From NCBI GenBank assembly GCA_963761335.1, contig CAVXGR010000015.1, positions 256,001-320,000 of the forward strand: a stretch of DNA of 64,000 nt, given 5' to 3'. The position numbers were made by a program, and so were the translations under genes. Every line of letters begins with the position of its first letter. The stretch's first letter is position 1. This DNA comes from an uncultured delta proteobacterium (GTDB lineage: Bacteria > Desulfobacterota > Binatia > HRBIN30 > BPIQ01). Shown here in pieces: positions 21,108-31,120 of this stretch. Under the pieces are notes generated by a model. It made no database searches. It was not told the DNA's origin and was given only the letters and a program-made list of their open reading frames with translations.

Positions 21108-21259
21108 TCCCACGCTTCCGCTGCGGCGGATCTGAGAGATATGGTGCAGCGAAGTGGTTCGGTACCCGGATGATCGTTCCCATTGGGAGACCAGAATTCC
21201 TGGTGTCGAGCGCGAGAGCAGTGGACGGGGATAATCTCCGGCTGGAAAGGAGAGAGGCA

Positions 21260-22354
21260 ATGAGTAAAGCGACGGGGCGACCGTTTTTCTTCGGCGTGTG
21301 TGCGCTAGTGGTGGCCGTTGTCTTCGCGGTCGGAGCACCCGCGCGGGCCGACGTCACGACGGATCAGAGCGGGTCGATTTTGATTTTTCCCAAAGTGATC
21401 AGTGACGGTGTTCGCGACACCCTCATCCAGATTTCCAATACCGGGAACACCCTGGTCCACGCGAAGTGCTACTACGTGGATGGTGAGACGGTTCCGGTGT
21501 TCGGCGGTCCTCCGCAGGCCCTCTGGCAGGCGACCGACTTCTTCATCTGGCTCACCCGCCAGCAGCCGACACAGTGGTCGGCAGCCCGCGGCCGGCCGGT
21601 CAACCCGAGCGATCCTCTCGGAACTCCGAATGCCGGTATCGATCCGGGCTCTGTGCCACCGACCGTGCCCACCTTTGAGGGCGAGCTGGTCTGCATCGAG
21701 ATCGGCGCCGACGGGCTTCCGGTCAGCGGCAACAAGCTGAAAGGCGAGGCGACGCTGAAGAACCTGGCCACCGGAGACGTGAGCAAGTACAACGCCATTG
21801 CCATCAAGGGCGGCCCGGCGGCTGGCGCCACCGATAACGTCCTGCAGCTCGACAACGACCAGTACAACTCCTGCCCGCAGACACTTCTCCTCGACAGCTT
21901 CACCGAGGGAGCCACGGAGCCGGTTATCGGACCGCCGAACAACCTCGGCCTGTGCGCGGGCGGCGATTGCGACATCACCACCGAGCTGACCCTGGTTCCC
22001 TGCCAGATGGACTTCGAGAATGCGCAGCCGGGCTCGTCGACCATTCAGATCTTCGTGATCAACGAGTTCGAGCAGACGGTCTCCGCGACCCTGTCGATCG
22101 ACTGCTGGTTCAACGAAAGCTTGGCACAGATCAGCAGCTCCGCGTTCTCCTACGGGACGCGCGGCACGCTGTCGGCATATGCCCGCCTACAGCGGACGAG
22201 CGGCAGCGGCTTCATCGGGGTTGCCGAGGAGTTCCATCGCAACAGTGCCAACACGGTGGCGGCCGCCGCTTATCAACTGCAGATCGAGGGTAGCAGGTTC
22301 AATCCAGACGAAGGTCGGGACACCTTCGACTCGATCATAATCACCCGCGAGTGA
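21260..22354 (+). CDS. Secreted Cys-containing hypothetical protein (paralogue 1)
   Basis: RBS GGAAAGGAG; signal peptide ending ARA; clear homology to the next ORF. Confidence 0.88.
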   Translation: MSKATGRPFFFGVCALVVAVVFAVGAPARADVTTDQSGSILIFPKVISDGVRDTLIQISNTGNTLVHAKCYYVDGETVPVFGGPPQALWQATDFFIWLTRQQPTQWSAARGRPVNPSDPLGTPNAGIDPGSVPPTVPTFEGELVCIEIGADGLPVSGNKLKGEATLKNLATGDVSKYNAIAIKGGPAAGATDNVLQLDNDQYNSCPQTLLLDSFTEGATEPVIGPPNNLGLCAGGDCDITTELTLVPCQMDFENAQPGSSTIQIFVINEFEQTVSATLSIDCWFNESLAQISSSAFSYGTRGTLSAYARLQRTSGSGFIGVAEEFHRNSANTVAAAAYQLQIEGSRFNPDEGRDTFDSIIITRE

Positions 22355-22422
22355 GCGGACGCGCTCGGAAAGGCGGTGTAAGCATGGCGACGTTCTCCAG
22401 CCTGTTGGAAAGGAGAGACGCA

Positions 22423-23733
22423 ATGAGGACGAAGAAGGGGTTTCCGGCGCGCAAGAGCCTGTGGTTCATCGCGGTGACCGGGGCGGTGCTACTGGCCTCG
22501 GCGGCAGCCTACGCCCAGACCGGTGCCTGCACGGACGAGACTAACTGCACAATCGGTTCGGACAGGCCCGCGTCGTTGCTGTTCTATCCGAAGATCAACG
22601 TGGACCTGAACAACTTTTTTGGTGAGGGTCGCACGGACACGATCCTGCAGCTGACCAACGTCAGCGAGCGCCGCACGGTCGACGTGTACTGCTACTATGT
22701 GAACGCCCAAGGGCAGTGCAGCAGCACCGGCGATCCCTGTCGGGTGCAATCGGACTGCAACCTCGGAGAGAGGTGCGACCCGCAATGGCAGCCGGTCGAC
22801 TTCCGCATGACGCTGACCAAGCGGCAGCCGATCTCGTGGAAGGCCAGCGAGGGCATGAGCTTCCTGCCCTGCGATCGAGACAATCCGAACGCCGACCCGA
22901 ACACGGGATTCAACTGCATCACCGACGATCAGCTGCAGCCGATCTACAACAGCAACAGCTTCATTCCCCAAGTCAACGATGATCCGTTCCTGGGCGAGCT
23001 GAAGTGCTGGGAGGTCGACGAGAACGACAACCCGGTGGACTTCAACGACCTCAAGGGCGAGGCCACCATCGTGCGCACCAGCGGTAGCGCCGACATCGAC
23101 GTCGCGAAGTACAACGCCATCGGCGTCCAGGCGATACCGGGCAGAAACGACAACAACAATACGTTGTGTGTCGGTGGCGGCAATCCGGATGACTGCCCCA
23201 ACGGCGCCGAGTACGTGGGCTGTCCGCAGGCGCTGATCGTCAACCACTTCTACGACTTTGCCCAGGTACCCTATGGGCCCAGCGGCAGCGGCTTGTCGAG
23301 CGAAATCCGGAACCGAATCACCGTGGTTCCCTGCGCTGAGGACTTCAACGTCCCGTCGAACAACTTGCTGTCGGCGACCACGTTGCAGCTGCTGACGTTC
23401 AACGAGTTCGAGCAGCGTTTCTCGACCTCGTACAAGCTCACCTGCTACGACGATCGCCCAATGACGGACATCGACACGCGGCTTGGGATCAGGACTGATG
23501 ACCAGGTGTCGATCTTCAGCGCCGCGGTCGAAGGCACTCTGTCAGGCCAGACCCGGATTCGGGCCGTGGGCACCGACAGCCAGGCCCGCGGCGTCCTCGG
23601 CATCCTCGAGGAGTCGGACTCCTGCTTGACCGGTCCTCCGGATACTCTGATCGATGGCGCTTCCTGCCGCGCCGACGTGAACATCCACTATCAGGGACAG
23701 CGGACGACCGGCGACATCATCCAGGGCCGCTAG
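22423..23733 (+). CDS. Secreted Cys-rich hypothetical protein (paralogue 2)
   Basis: Same RBS; signal peptide ending AYA; shared motifs CYYV, LKGEAT, KYNAI, VPC, NEFEQ. Confidence 0.88.
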   Translation: MRTKKGFPARKSLWFIAVTGAVLLASAAAYAQTGACTDETNCTIGSDRPASLLFYPKINVDLNNFFGEGRTDTILQLTNVSERRTVDVYCYYVNAQGQCSSTGDPCRVQSDCNLGERCDPQWQPVDFRMTLTKRQPISWKASEGMSFLPCDRDNPNADPNTGFNCITDDQLQPIYNSNSFIPQVNDDPFLGELKCWEVDENDNPVDFNDLKGEATIVRTSGSADIDVAKYNAIGVQAIPGRNDNNNTLCVGGGNPDDCPNGAEYVGCPQALIVNHFYDFAQVPYGPSGSGLSSEIRNRITVVPCAEDFNVPSNNLLSATTLQLLTFNEFEQRFSTSYKLTCYDDRPMTDIDTRLGIRTDDQVSIFSAAVEGTLSGQTRIRAVGTDSQARGVLGILEESDSCLTGPPDTLIDGASCRADVNIHYQGQRTTGDIIQGR

Positions 23734-23758
23734 TCCAAGCGCACCGCAGCTGACCGAG

Positions 23759-23796
23759 AGGGCCGGGGGGAGTCATCCTCCCGGCCCTTTCCTTTT
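23759..23796 (+). terminator. Rho-independent terminator of the secreted pair, overlapping the convergent kinase stop
   Basis: Stem AGGGCCGGG/CCCGGCCCT followed by TTCCTTTT. Confidence 0.65.
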
Positions 23797-26073
23797 GAGG
23801 GCCTCGTCAATAACAGCGAACAGGTGCGCGGGCACGATCGGCTTTGCGACATACCCGTCCATGCCCGCGGCCAGGCAGCGGGCCGCGTCGTCCTTCATCG
23901 CGTGCGCCGTCAGGGCGACGATCGGCAGGTGGCGGCCGGAGCTCTGCTCTTCCTGCCGGATCGCAGCGGTTGCGGCAAAGCCATCCATTTCGGGCATCTG
24001 CACGTCCATGAGCACGAGATCGAAGACGCTGCTCTTCAGCGCCTCCAGGGCCTCCCTGCCATTTGCCACCATCTCCACGCTGTGGTTGTGCTTACCCAGG
24101 AGGTGGGTGACCAACCGCTGATTGACGGCGTTGTCTTCAGCCACCAGCACGTGCAGTCCAGAGGCCTGCGCTGGCGTGGTCGGATGATCGCTCGGCGTTG
24201 AGGCGCCCGGGAGGGCTTCAGTTGAGTTGCTCGAAGAGACCTCCGTCGGCCCGCCGCGCAAACCCAGCGCCCCGCACATGGCCTCCAGTAGCTCCGCCGG
24301 AGAGACCGGCTTGACCACGTAAGCGGTGATTCCGATCTCCCGGCAATGGGCGGCATATCCGGGCTGATCGTCGGATGTCAGCATCATGATCGTGGCGCCC
24401 GCCAGCTGCGGGCACCGGCGAATCTCCGCTGCCACCGCGAAGCCGTCCATCTCCGGCATGCGGGCATCGAGGAGCACGAGTGGGTAGGGGATGCCGCGGG
24501 CGCAGGCTCCTGTCAGCTCGGCGAGCGCTGCCCGACCGCCGTCTGCGGGCGTGGGCTTCATCCCCCAATAGGCCGACAGCATCTCGGTGAGGATGAGCCG
24601 GTTGGTGGCGTTGTCGTCCACGACCAGCACGGGCATGTCGCGAAGCATCTGCACGTCCGTACGCTGCGGCGCGGAAGCCCGGTTGGGGCTCACTCCCAGG
24701 CGCATGGTAAAATGGAAGGTGCTGCCTCGCCTTTCCTCGCTCTCGATCTGTATCTGGCCGCCCATCAATCGCACCAGGGAGGCCGATATCGCCAATCCCA
24801 GGCCGCTCCCGCCGAAACGACGCGCGGTGGACGAATCTCCTTGCTCGAAGGCGCTGAAGATCAGCCGTTGCTTGCCCTGCGAAATACCAATTCCCGTATC
24901 GCGCACCGAAACGTGCAGGGTGGCGTACCGAGAGCCAGCGTCGCCGTTGGGGTGAGCCAGATCCGCATGGGCCTCTGCGGCGCCACCGTCCCGTGTGGCG
25001 ACCTCGACGAGGATCTCTCCTTGCTCGGTGAACTTGATTGCGTTGCCCACCAGGTTGACGAGGACCTGCCGCAGCCGGCCGAGATCGCCGACCAACCCAT
25101 CGGGAACCTCGGGCGCGACGCGAAACATCAGCTCCAGGCCCTTTTCGTGGGCTCGCAGACTCAGCGTTCGCATCGTTTCGCCGAGACGCTCGCGCAGGGA
25201 GAAGACAACCGGATCCAGATCGAGCTTGCCGGCTTCGATCTTCGAGAAATCGAGTATGTCATTGATGACCCGGAGCAGTCCGTCAGCGGAGATCTTCACC
25301 AGGTCGAGATACTCGCGCTGCTCCGGCGTCAGGTTCGTGTCGAGGGCGAGCTCGGTCATTCCGATGATGCCGTTCATCGGGGTGCGAATCTCGTGGCTCA
25401 TGTTGGCGAGAAACTCACTCTTGGCGCGCGTCGAGGCGCAGGCCTGATCGCGTGCCTGAGCGATCTCGACGCCCTGACTGCAGAGCTTGAGCTCGGCATC
25501 TTTCCGATCGAGGCGTTGCAGCTCGGAGACGCGGGCGATGTAGACAGAGGCGACCAGCATGATCAGCACATCGACCGGAAGGCTGGTCGGCGTGGCGCGC
25601 CATCCGATGACCAGCTCTACGTTGGCAAACAGACAGGCCGCGATGCCTACCGTGAATACAATCTGAGGCCAGGTCTCCCAGGGGAAGAACGCCGCCAGAC
25701 AGACGAGGGTGATGGTCAACAGGTAGGTCGTTGTCAGGACTTCCCCGATCAGGATGCCGCGGAGGGTGATGTCGACGGCAAACAGGAGCACAATCGCGGT
25801 GACCCCAACGACTACTGGTCTCCACGGCAGGCGGCCGGGCAGTCGCGAGCGCAGCAGTAGCAGCAGGATCGCATACGCTCCGATCACACAGACCTTCCAA
25901 GTGACCAATGGTGCGGTCCGCGTCCCGGGATTGGTCAGATCGAGGAGCAGGTAGAAGAGGTCTCCGAGGATGGCCAACCAGAGAGCCAGCCGAAGGTGGG
26001 AGAGCAGGAGGAACTTCGAGTCGACATGCAGGGCGGCGCGAACCTCCTGGGTACGCTCCGTTCCACGCGCCAT
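23773..26073 (-). CDS. Membrane-bound hybrid sensor histidine kinase with two receiver domains
   Basis: Multi-TM N-terminus, H-box [32 protein letters not shown], two REC domains (LLDARMP, LMDVQMP). Confidence 0.95.
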   Translation of the reverse strand: MARGTERTQEVRAALHVDSKFLLLSHLRLALWLAILGDLFYLLLDLTNPGTRTAPLVTWKVCVIGAYAILLLLLRSRLPGRLPWRPVVVGVTAIVLLFAVDITLRGILIGEVLTTTYLLTITLVCLAAFFPWETWPQIVFTVGIAACLFANVELVIGWRATPTSLPVDVLIMLVASVYIARVSELQRLDRKDAELKLCSQGVEIAQARDQACASTRAKSEFLANMSHEIRTPMNGIIGMTELALDTNLTPEQREYLDLVKISADGLLRVINDILDFSKIEAGKLDLDPVVFSLRERLGETMRTLSLRAHEKGLELMFRVAPEVPDGLVGDLGRLRQVLVNLVGNAIKFTEQGEILVEVATRDGGAAEAHADLAHPNGDAGSRYATLHVSVRDTGIGISQGKQRLIFSAFEQGDSSTARRFGGSGLGLAISASLVRLMGGQIQIESEERRGSTFHFTMRLGVSPNRASAPQRTDVQMLRDMPVLVVDDNATNRLILTEMLSAYWGMKPTPADGGRAALAELTGACARGIPYPLVLLDARMPEMDGFAVAAEIRRCPQLAGATIMMLTSDDQPGYAAHCREIGITAYVVKPVSPAELLEAMCGALGLRGGPTEVSSSNSTEALPGASTPSDHPTTPAQASGLHVLVAEDNAVNQRLVTHLLGKHNHSVEMVANGREALEALKSSVFDLVLMDVQMPEMDGFAATAAIRQEEQSSGRHLPIVALTAHAMKDDAARCLAAGMDGYVAKPIVPAHLFAVIDEALKRKGPGG

Positions 26074-26174
26074 CAGCGCACCTGGAGTGTCGTTCTGGCC
26101 ATTTTGTGTAGCCCCGAGATCGCAGCTGCGGCGGGTTCAGCCCCGCAGTACTCTGTACCCCTTGAAGGACACCT

Positions 26175-26190
26175 CGCACGCGCCGTGCCA
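26175..26190 (-). promoter_or_regulatory. Sigma54 (-24/-12) promoter upstream of the hybrid kinase
   Basis: Minus strand reads TGGCACGGCGCGTGCG, exact GG-N10-GC spacing. Confidence 0.65.
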
Positions 26191-26373
26191 GGCTGAACGG
26201 TGGGTTTCAGCGGCGGAATCAGAAGCCGCTTGGGTGACGGCCAGTTGGCGATTACGACCGCATGGCAGCGACGATGGCGTCTCGGGTGGATCGCGAGGTC
26301 GCGCCGGAGAAGGCCGGCCAGGTCCACGGGCCCCGGTTGCATGTGCCCCGGGTTGTGAAATGATACCGGGGCT

Positions 26374-28167
26374 GTGCGCCGTCTCACCAAGTATCTCCTG
26401 CGCTACCGCTGGCGGTATGTCGCTGGAGGCCTATGTCTGGTCGCCACCGCGTCGCTGGCGATGCTGGTCCCGTATCTTCTCAAGCGGTCCGTGGATGCCG
26501 TCTCGGCAGGACGTTCCCTGGGCGAGGTGGGCACCTATGCCTCGCTGATCATCGCCGTCGCCCTCGTTCAGGGCGTCGTGCGCACCCTCTCGCGAGTCCT
26601 GGTGTTCAACGCCGGCCGGGACGTCGAGTTCGACCTTCGGAACGATCTCTTCGCGCATCTTCTCAAGCTGCCGCAGGCCTACTACCTCGAGCAGCGCACC
26701 GGCGATCTCATGTCGCGCCTGGTGAACGACGTCAACGCGGTGCGCATGCTCCTCGGGGTCGGCTTCCTGAACCTGCTGAACACCCCGATCTACTACGTCT
26801 ATGCGGTCAGCATCATGCTGAGTCTCGACGTGCGCCTCACCGTGGTGGCTCTGCTGCCGTATCCGTTCCTCCTCTGGGTGGTGAAGCGTTACAGCCGGCA
26901 ACTCATGGAGGGAACCGTCCGCGTGCAGGCGGGCCTGGCGGATCTCAGCAGTCGCGTCCAGGAGAATCTCAGCGGTATCACCGCGATCAAGGCCTACGTC
27001 CGTCAGGAACACGAGGGGCAGAAGTTCGCCGCAGCCAACGACGCCTTCGTCGAGGAGAGTATGCGGCTCGCCGAGGTGCGGGCGCGCATGATGCCGGTGA
27101 TGAAGCTGGCCGCCAGTCTCGGAACCCTGGCAGTGCTCTGGTACGGCGGCATGCACGTCATCGACGGAAAGCTGAGCCTCGGGGACCTCGTCGCCTTCAT
27201 CGGCTACCTCAACCTGCTCGCCTGGCCCACCATGGCCATGGGGTGGATGATCTCCATCGTGCAGCGCGGCCGCGCCGCGATGATGCGCCTCGAGCACATC
27301 TTCGGAGCCGAGGTGACGATTGCCGATCCTCTCCACGACGGCCAGGCGGGGCGTGTTGCCGGTGCCGCGGTCGAGGCGGGTCATGCTCGGGAGGAGGCGC
27401 TGGAGCCATCCGGCGGCGACCTCGAGCTGAGGAACGTGACCTTCGCCTACCCGGTGCGCGACAACGGGCATCCCGTCCTCCGCGATGTCTCGCTGCGCTT
27501 GGGTGACGGCAAGAAGCTCGCCGTGGTCGGCAGAACCGGCAGCGGCAAGTCCACTCTCCTGAGCCTGTTGCCACGCCTGTTCGATGTGACCGACGGCTCC
27601 GTCCGCATCGGGGGCCGCGATGTGCGCGACGTCGGGCTGCAGGCGCTGCGACGCCGACTCGGCGTGGTGCCGCAGGATCCCTTTCTGTTCTCGACGACGA
27701 TCCGCGAGAACATCGCCTTCGCCGTCGATGGGGCGAGTGAGGAACGGATTCGCGCCGCCGCCGAGGCGGCCGGGGTGGCCGACGACATCGAGAGCTTTCC
27801 GGCGGGATACGACACGCTCGTTGGCGAGCGCGGCATCACCCTCTCCGGAGGGCAGCGCCAGCGCCTCAGCCTGGCGCGCGCCCTGTTGACCGACCCCGCG
27901 CTCCTGCTCCTCGACGACGCCCTGTCGAGCGTCGACACGCGCACCGAGCGCCGCATTCTGGCGAGCCTTCGCGAGCTGCGCGCCGCTCGGACCACGGTGA
28001 TGGTGGCGCATCGGATGTCGGCCATCCAGGATGCCGACCTGATCGTCGTCCTCGACGACGGCCGCATCGTCGAGGCCGGAGACCACGCCGAGCTCCTCGG
28101 GCGCGACGGCCTCTACGCCGAGCTTTTCCAGCGGCAGCGGCTGGAAGAGGAGATCGACGAGCTATGA
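26374..28167 (+). CDS. ABC exporter fused permease/ATPase (MdlA/YheI-like half)
   Basis: TM domain plus GRTGSGKS, LSGGQRQR and degenerate Walker B LLLLDD. Confidence 0.93.
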   Translation: MRRLTKYLLRYRWRYVAGGLCLVATASLAMLVPYLLKRSVDAVSAGRSLGEVGTYASLIIAVALVQGVVRTLSRVLVFNAGRDVEFDLRNDLFAHLLKLPQAYYLEQRTGDLMSRLVNDVNAVRMLLGVGFLNLLNTPIYYVYAVSIMLSLDVRLTVVALLPYPFLLWVVKRYSRQLMEGTVRVQAGLADLSSRVQENLSGITAIKAYVRQEHEGQKFAAANDAFVEESMRLAEVRARMMPVMKLAASLGTLAVLWYGGMHVIDGKLSLGDLVAFIGYLNLLAWPTMAMGWMISIVQRGRAAMMRLEHIFGAEVTIADPLHDGQAGRVAGAAVEAGHAREEALEPSGGDLELRNVTFAYPVRDNGHPVLRDVSLRLGDGKKLAVVGRTGSGKSTLLSLLPRLFDVTDGSVRIGGRDVRDVGLQALRRRLGVVPQDPFLFSTTIRENIAFAVDGASEERIRAAAEAAGVADDIESFPAGYDTLVGERGITLSGGQRQRLSLARALLTDPALLLLDDALSSVDTRTERRILASLRELRAARTTVMVAHRMSAIQDADLIVVLDDGRIVEAGDHAELLGRDGLYAELFQRQRLEEEIDEL

Positions 28168-29993
28168 GCACGGCTCGGGTTCCCGCCGGCGGCGATCTCC
28201 AGCGTGAGGAGGAGCTGGGGAAGGCCTATGACGCCCGCCTGGTGCGCCGGCTGTGGGGCTACATCCGCCCGTACCGCCGCCAATTCATTCTCGCCATGCT
28301 CTGCCTGCCGGCCACCTCGGCGGCGATGCTGACGCAGCCGTACCTGCTGAAGCTCGCCATTGACCGCTACATGGCGGCGCATGACCGCGCCGGTCTGACC
28401 GGAATGGCGGCGATCTACGGCGCCGCCATGGTGGCCGAGTTCGTCTTCCTCTACCTGCAGTACTATCTCACCATGGTGGTGGCGCAGAAGAGCCTCGCCG
28501 ACCTCCGCCAGGCAGTCTTCGACCACGTGCAACGGCTGCCGGTGGCCTACTTTGACCGCAACCCGGTCGGGCGACTGGTGACCCGGATGACCACCGACAT
28601 CGACGTCATCAACGAGATGTTCGCCGCCGGGGCGGTGACCATTCTCATGGACCTGGTCACCCTCGGCGGCATCGTCGTCATCATGCTGGCCATCGACTTC
28701 CGCCTCGCCCTGGTCACCATGTCGCTTCTACCGGTGCTGCTGGTTGCCATCAACTTCTTCCGTCTGAAGGCCCGGCAGACGTACCGTATGGTGCGCGAGC
28801 GCATCGCTCGCATCAACGCCGGGCTGCAGGAGTCGATCTCGGGGATGCGCGTCATCCAGCTCTTCGCGCGGGAAGATCACATGTACGAGCGCTTCGTCGC
28901 GCTCAACGCCGACCATCGCGACGCCACCCATCTCTCCAACATCTACGAGGCCTCTCTCTTCTCGCTGGTGGAGTCGATCAGCTCGATCTCCTTCGCCGTC
29001 ATCATCTGGTACGGCGGCTCGCAGATTCTCGCCGGAGTGCTGGCGCTGGGCACCCTGGTCGCCTTCATCGAGTACATCCAGCGCTTCTTCGTCCCCATTC
29101 GCGACTTCTCGACCAAGTACGCAGTGATGCAGGCGGCGATGGCCTCGGCCGAGCGCGTCTTTCAGCTGCTCGACGCTCCGGTGGAGGAGGAGACCGGCAG
29201 CCGGCAGAGCGGCTCCCCGCCGCGGGGGCGTATCGAGTTCGAGAACGTCTGGTTCGCATACAAAGGGGATGACTTCGTCCTCTCCGACGTCAGCTTCCGC
29301 GTCGAGCCGGGAGAGACGGTCGCCTTCGTCGGCGCTACCGGCGCCGGCAAGACGACGCTGATCAAGCTGCTCAATCGCTTCTACGACGTGCAGCGCGGGC
29401 GCATCCTGGTCGACGGCGTGGACGTGCGCGACTGGCAGCTGGACGCGCTGCGGCGCCGCATCGGCGTGGTCTCGCAGGACGTCTTCCTGTTCTCCGGCAC
29501 CATCTCCGAGAACATCGATCTCGGACAGAACCTGCCTCGCGACCGCCTGGTCGCGGCGGCGCGCGCGGTGAACGTCGACCGCTTCATCTCCGGCCTGCCC
29601 GGGGGCTATGACGAGCCGGTGCGCGAGCGCGGCAACAACCTGTCGACCGGACAGAGACAGCTCATCGCCTTCGCGCGCGCCTTGGCATATGCCCCCGCGA
29701 TTCTGGTGCTCGACGAGGCCACCGCCAGCGTCGACAGCGAAACCGAGATGCTGATCCAGGACGCTCTGCTGAAGCTCTTCCGCGATCGCACCTCACTGGT
29801 GATCGCGCACCGCCTGTCCACCATCGAGGACGCCCACCGGATCATCGTCATGCATCAGGGTCGGGTGCGCGAGACGGGCACGCACCAGTCGCTGCTGCAG
29901 GCCCGCGGACTGTATTACCGCCTGTATCAGCTCCAGTACGCGGCGGCGCCGGCCATCGCCTCGTCATCATCGCCGATGACGGCAGCGAAGTGA
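28164..29993 (+). CDS. ABC exporter fused permease/ATPase (MdlB/YheH-like half)
   Basis: GATGAGKT, LSTGQRQ, LVLDEAT; ATGA-coupled to its partner. Confidence 0.93.
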   Translation: MSTARVPAGGDLQREEELGKAYDARLVRRLWGYIRPYRRQFILAMLCLPATSAAMLTQPYLLKLAIDRYMAAHDRAGLTGMAAIYGAAMVAEFVFLYLQYYLTMVVAQKSLADLRQAVFDHVQRLPVAYFDRNPVGRLVTRMTTDIDVINEMFAAGAVTILMDLVTLGGIVVIMLAIDFRLALVTMSLLPVLLVAINFFRLKARQTYRMVRERIARINAGLQESISGMRVIQLFAREDHMYERFVALNADHRDATHLSNIYEASLFSLVESISSISFAVIIWYGGSQILAGVLALGTLVAFIEYIQRFFVPIRDFSTKYAVMQAAMASAERVFQLLDAPVEEETGSRQSGSPPRGRIEFENVWFAYKGDDFVLSDVSFRVEPGETVAFVGATGAGKTTLIKLLNRFYDVQRGRILVDGVDVRDWQLDALRRRIGVVSQDVFLFSGTISENIDLGQNLPRDRLVAAARAVNVDRFISGLPGGYDEPVRERGNNLSTGQRQLIAFARALAYAPAILVLDEATASVDSETEMLIQDALLKLFRDRTSLVIAHRLSTIEDAHRIIVMHQGRVRETGTHQSLLQARGLYYRLYQLQYAAAPAIASSSSPMTAAK

Positions 29994-31120
29994 ATCGGGG
30001 CGCTGCGCAGCGGCGCCCCTGGACGGTGGGCCTGCTGGTCGCGGGGCTGCTGTCGCTGGCGGGATGCTCGCCGGTGTACGTCATGCGCGCCGGCTTCGAA
30101 GAGGCCAAGATCCTCTGGAGGCGCCAGCCGATCCCGTCGGTGCTGCAGCAGCCGGCGCTGGCTCCCGATACGCGCGCCAAGCTGGAGCTGGTGCTCTCGG
30201 TGCGCGAGTTCGCCGCGCAGATCGGGCTGCGGGTCGGCGGCAGCTACGGCAGCTTCGCGACCATCGATTCCAATCAGGTGGTGTACGTGGTCTCTGCCGC
30301 CCCGAAGCTGCGCCTCGAGCCGCATACGTGGTGGTTTCCGATCGTCGGCAGCGTTCCCTACAAGGGCTTCTTCGACGAAGGCGCCGCTCGGCGGCAGGCG
30401 GAGGAGCTGCAGCAAGAGGGGCTCGACACCATCGTCTTCCCCTCGATCGCCTTCAGCACTCTCGGCTGGTTCGACGACCCTCTGCTCTCCAACCTGCTGC
30501 GCTACGACCCGGTGGTGCTCGCCGGCGTGGTCATCCACGAGCTGCTGCACAACACCTTCTACGCGCCCGGCGAGGTGGCCTTCAATGAATCGTTCGCCAA
30601 CTTCGTCGGTTACCGCGGCGCGGCCGAATACTTTGCGCAGCGCGACGGGGGCGACGCAGCGACCGCGCGCCGCGCCCTGGAGATCTGGCGGGACGCGGAG
30701 ACGATGTCGCGATTTCTCGGCGACCTCGTCGATCGCCTCAGAGCCGCCTACGACGCCGGGATATCCGTCGACGAACGCGAGGTGCTCTTCGACGAGGCGC
30801 AGGCGCGCTTTGCCGCGATTTCCTTCCAGACCGACGAGCACGTCGATTTTGCCCAGCTGCGCCTGAACAACGCGGTGATCCTCCACCTGCTCGCCTATCA
30901 CGAGCACCTGCCACTCTTCGATCGCATGTACGAGGCGTGCGGCGCCGATCTCCGGCGAGCCGTGACGCGCATCATCGAGGCGGCGCGCGGCAGTGACGAC
31001 CCCTTCGAGAGCTTGCGGCAAGCCGTGGACGAGGGCTGCGGCGATGCCGGCGCCGGCGGCACCGCGCCGCTCACACCTCGAGCTGCTCGAGGCGGCGCAG
31101 TCCCCGGCGCATGGGGATGA
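29990..31120 (+). CDS. Putative zinc aminopeptidase lipoprotein (DUF2265-like)
   Basis: Lipobox LAGC; WWFPIVGSVPYKGFF, AFSTLGWFDDP, HELLH...FNESFA (HExxH+E). Confidence 0.85.
   Translation: MNRGAAQRRPWTVGLLVAGLLSLAGCSPVYVMRAGFEEAKILWRRQPIPSVLQQPALAPDTRAKLELVLSVREFAAQIGLRVGGSYGSFATIDSNQVVYVVSAAPKLRLEPHTWWFPIVGSVPYKGFFDEGAARRQAEELQQEGLDTIVFPSIAFSTLGWFDDPLLSNLLRYDPVVLAGVVIHELLHNTFYAPGEVAFNESFANFVGYRGAAEYFAQRDGGDAATARRALEIWRDAETMSRFLGDLVDRLRAAYDAGISVDEREVLFDEAQARFAAISFQTDEHVDFAQLRLNNAVILHLLAYHEHLPLFDRMYEACGADLRRAVTRIIEAARGSDDPFESLRQAVDEGCGDAGAGGTAPLTPRAARGGAVPGAWG

Noticed and set aside
21120..21200. TPP riboswitch suggested by CTGAGA
   Set aside because: The other conserved TPP elements are not found in the expected order, and the downstream genes are unrelated to thiamine.
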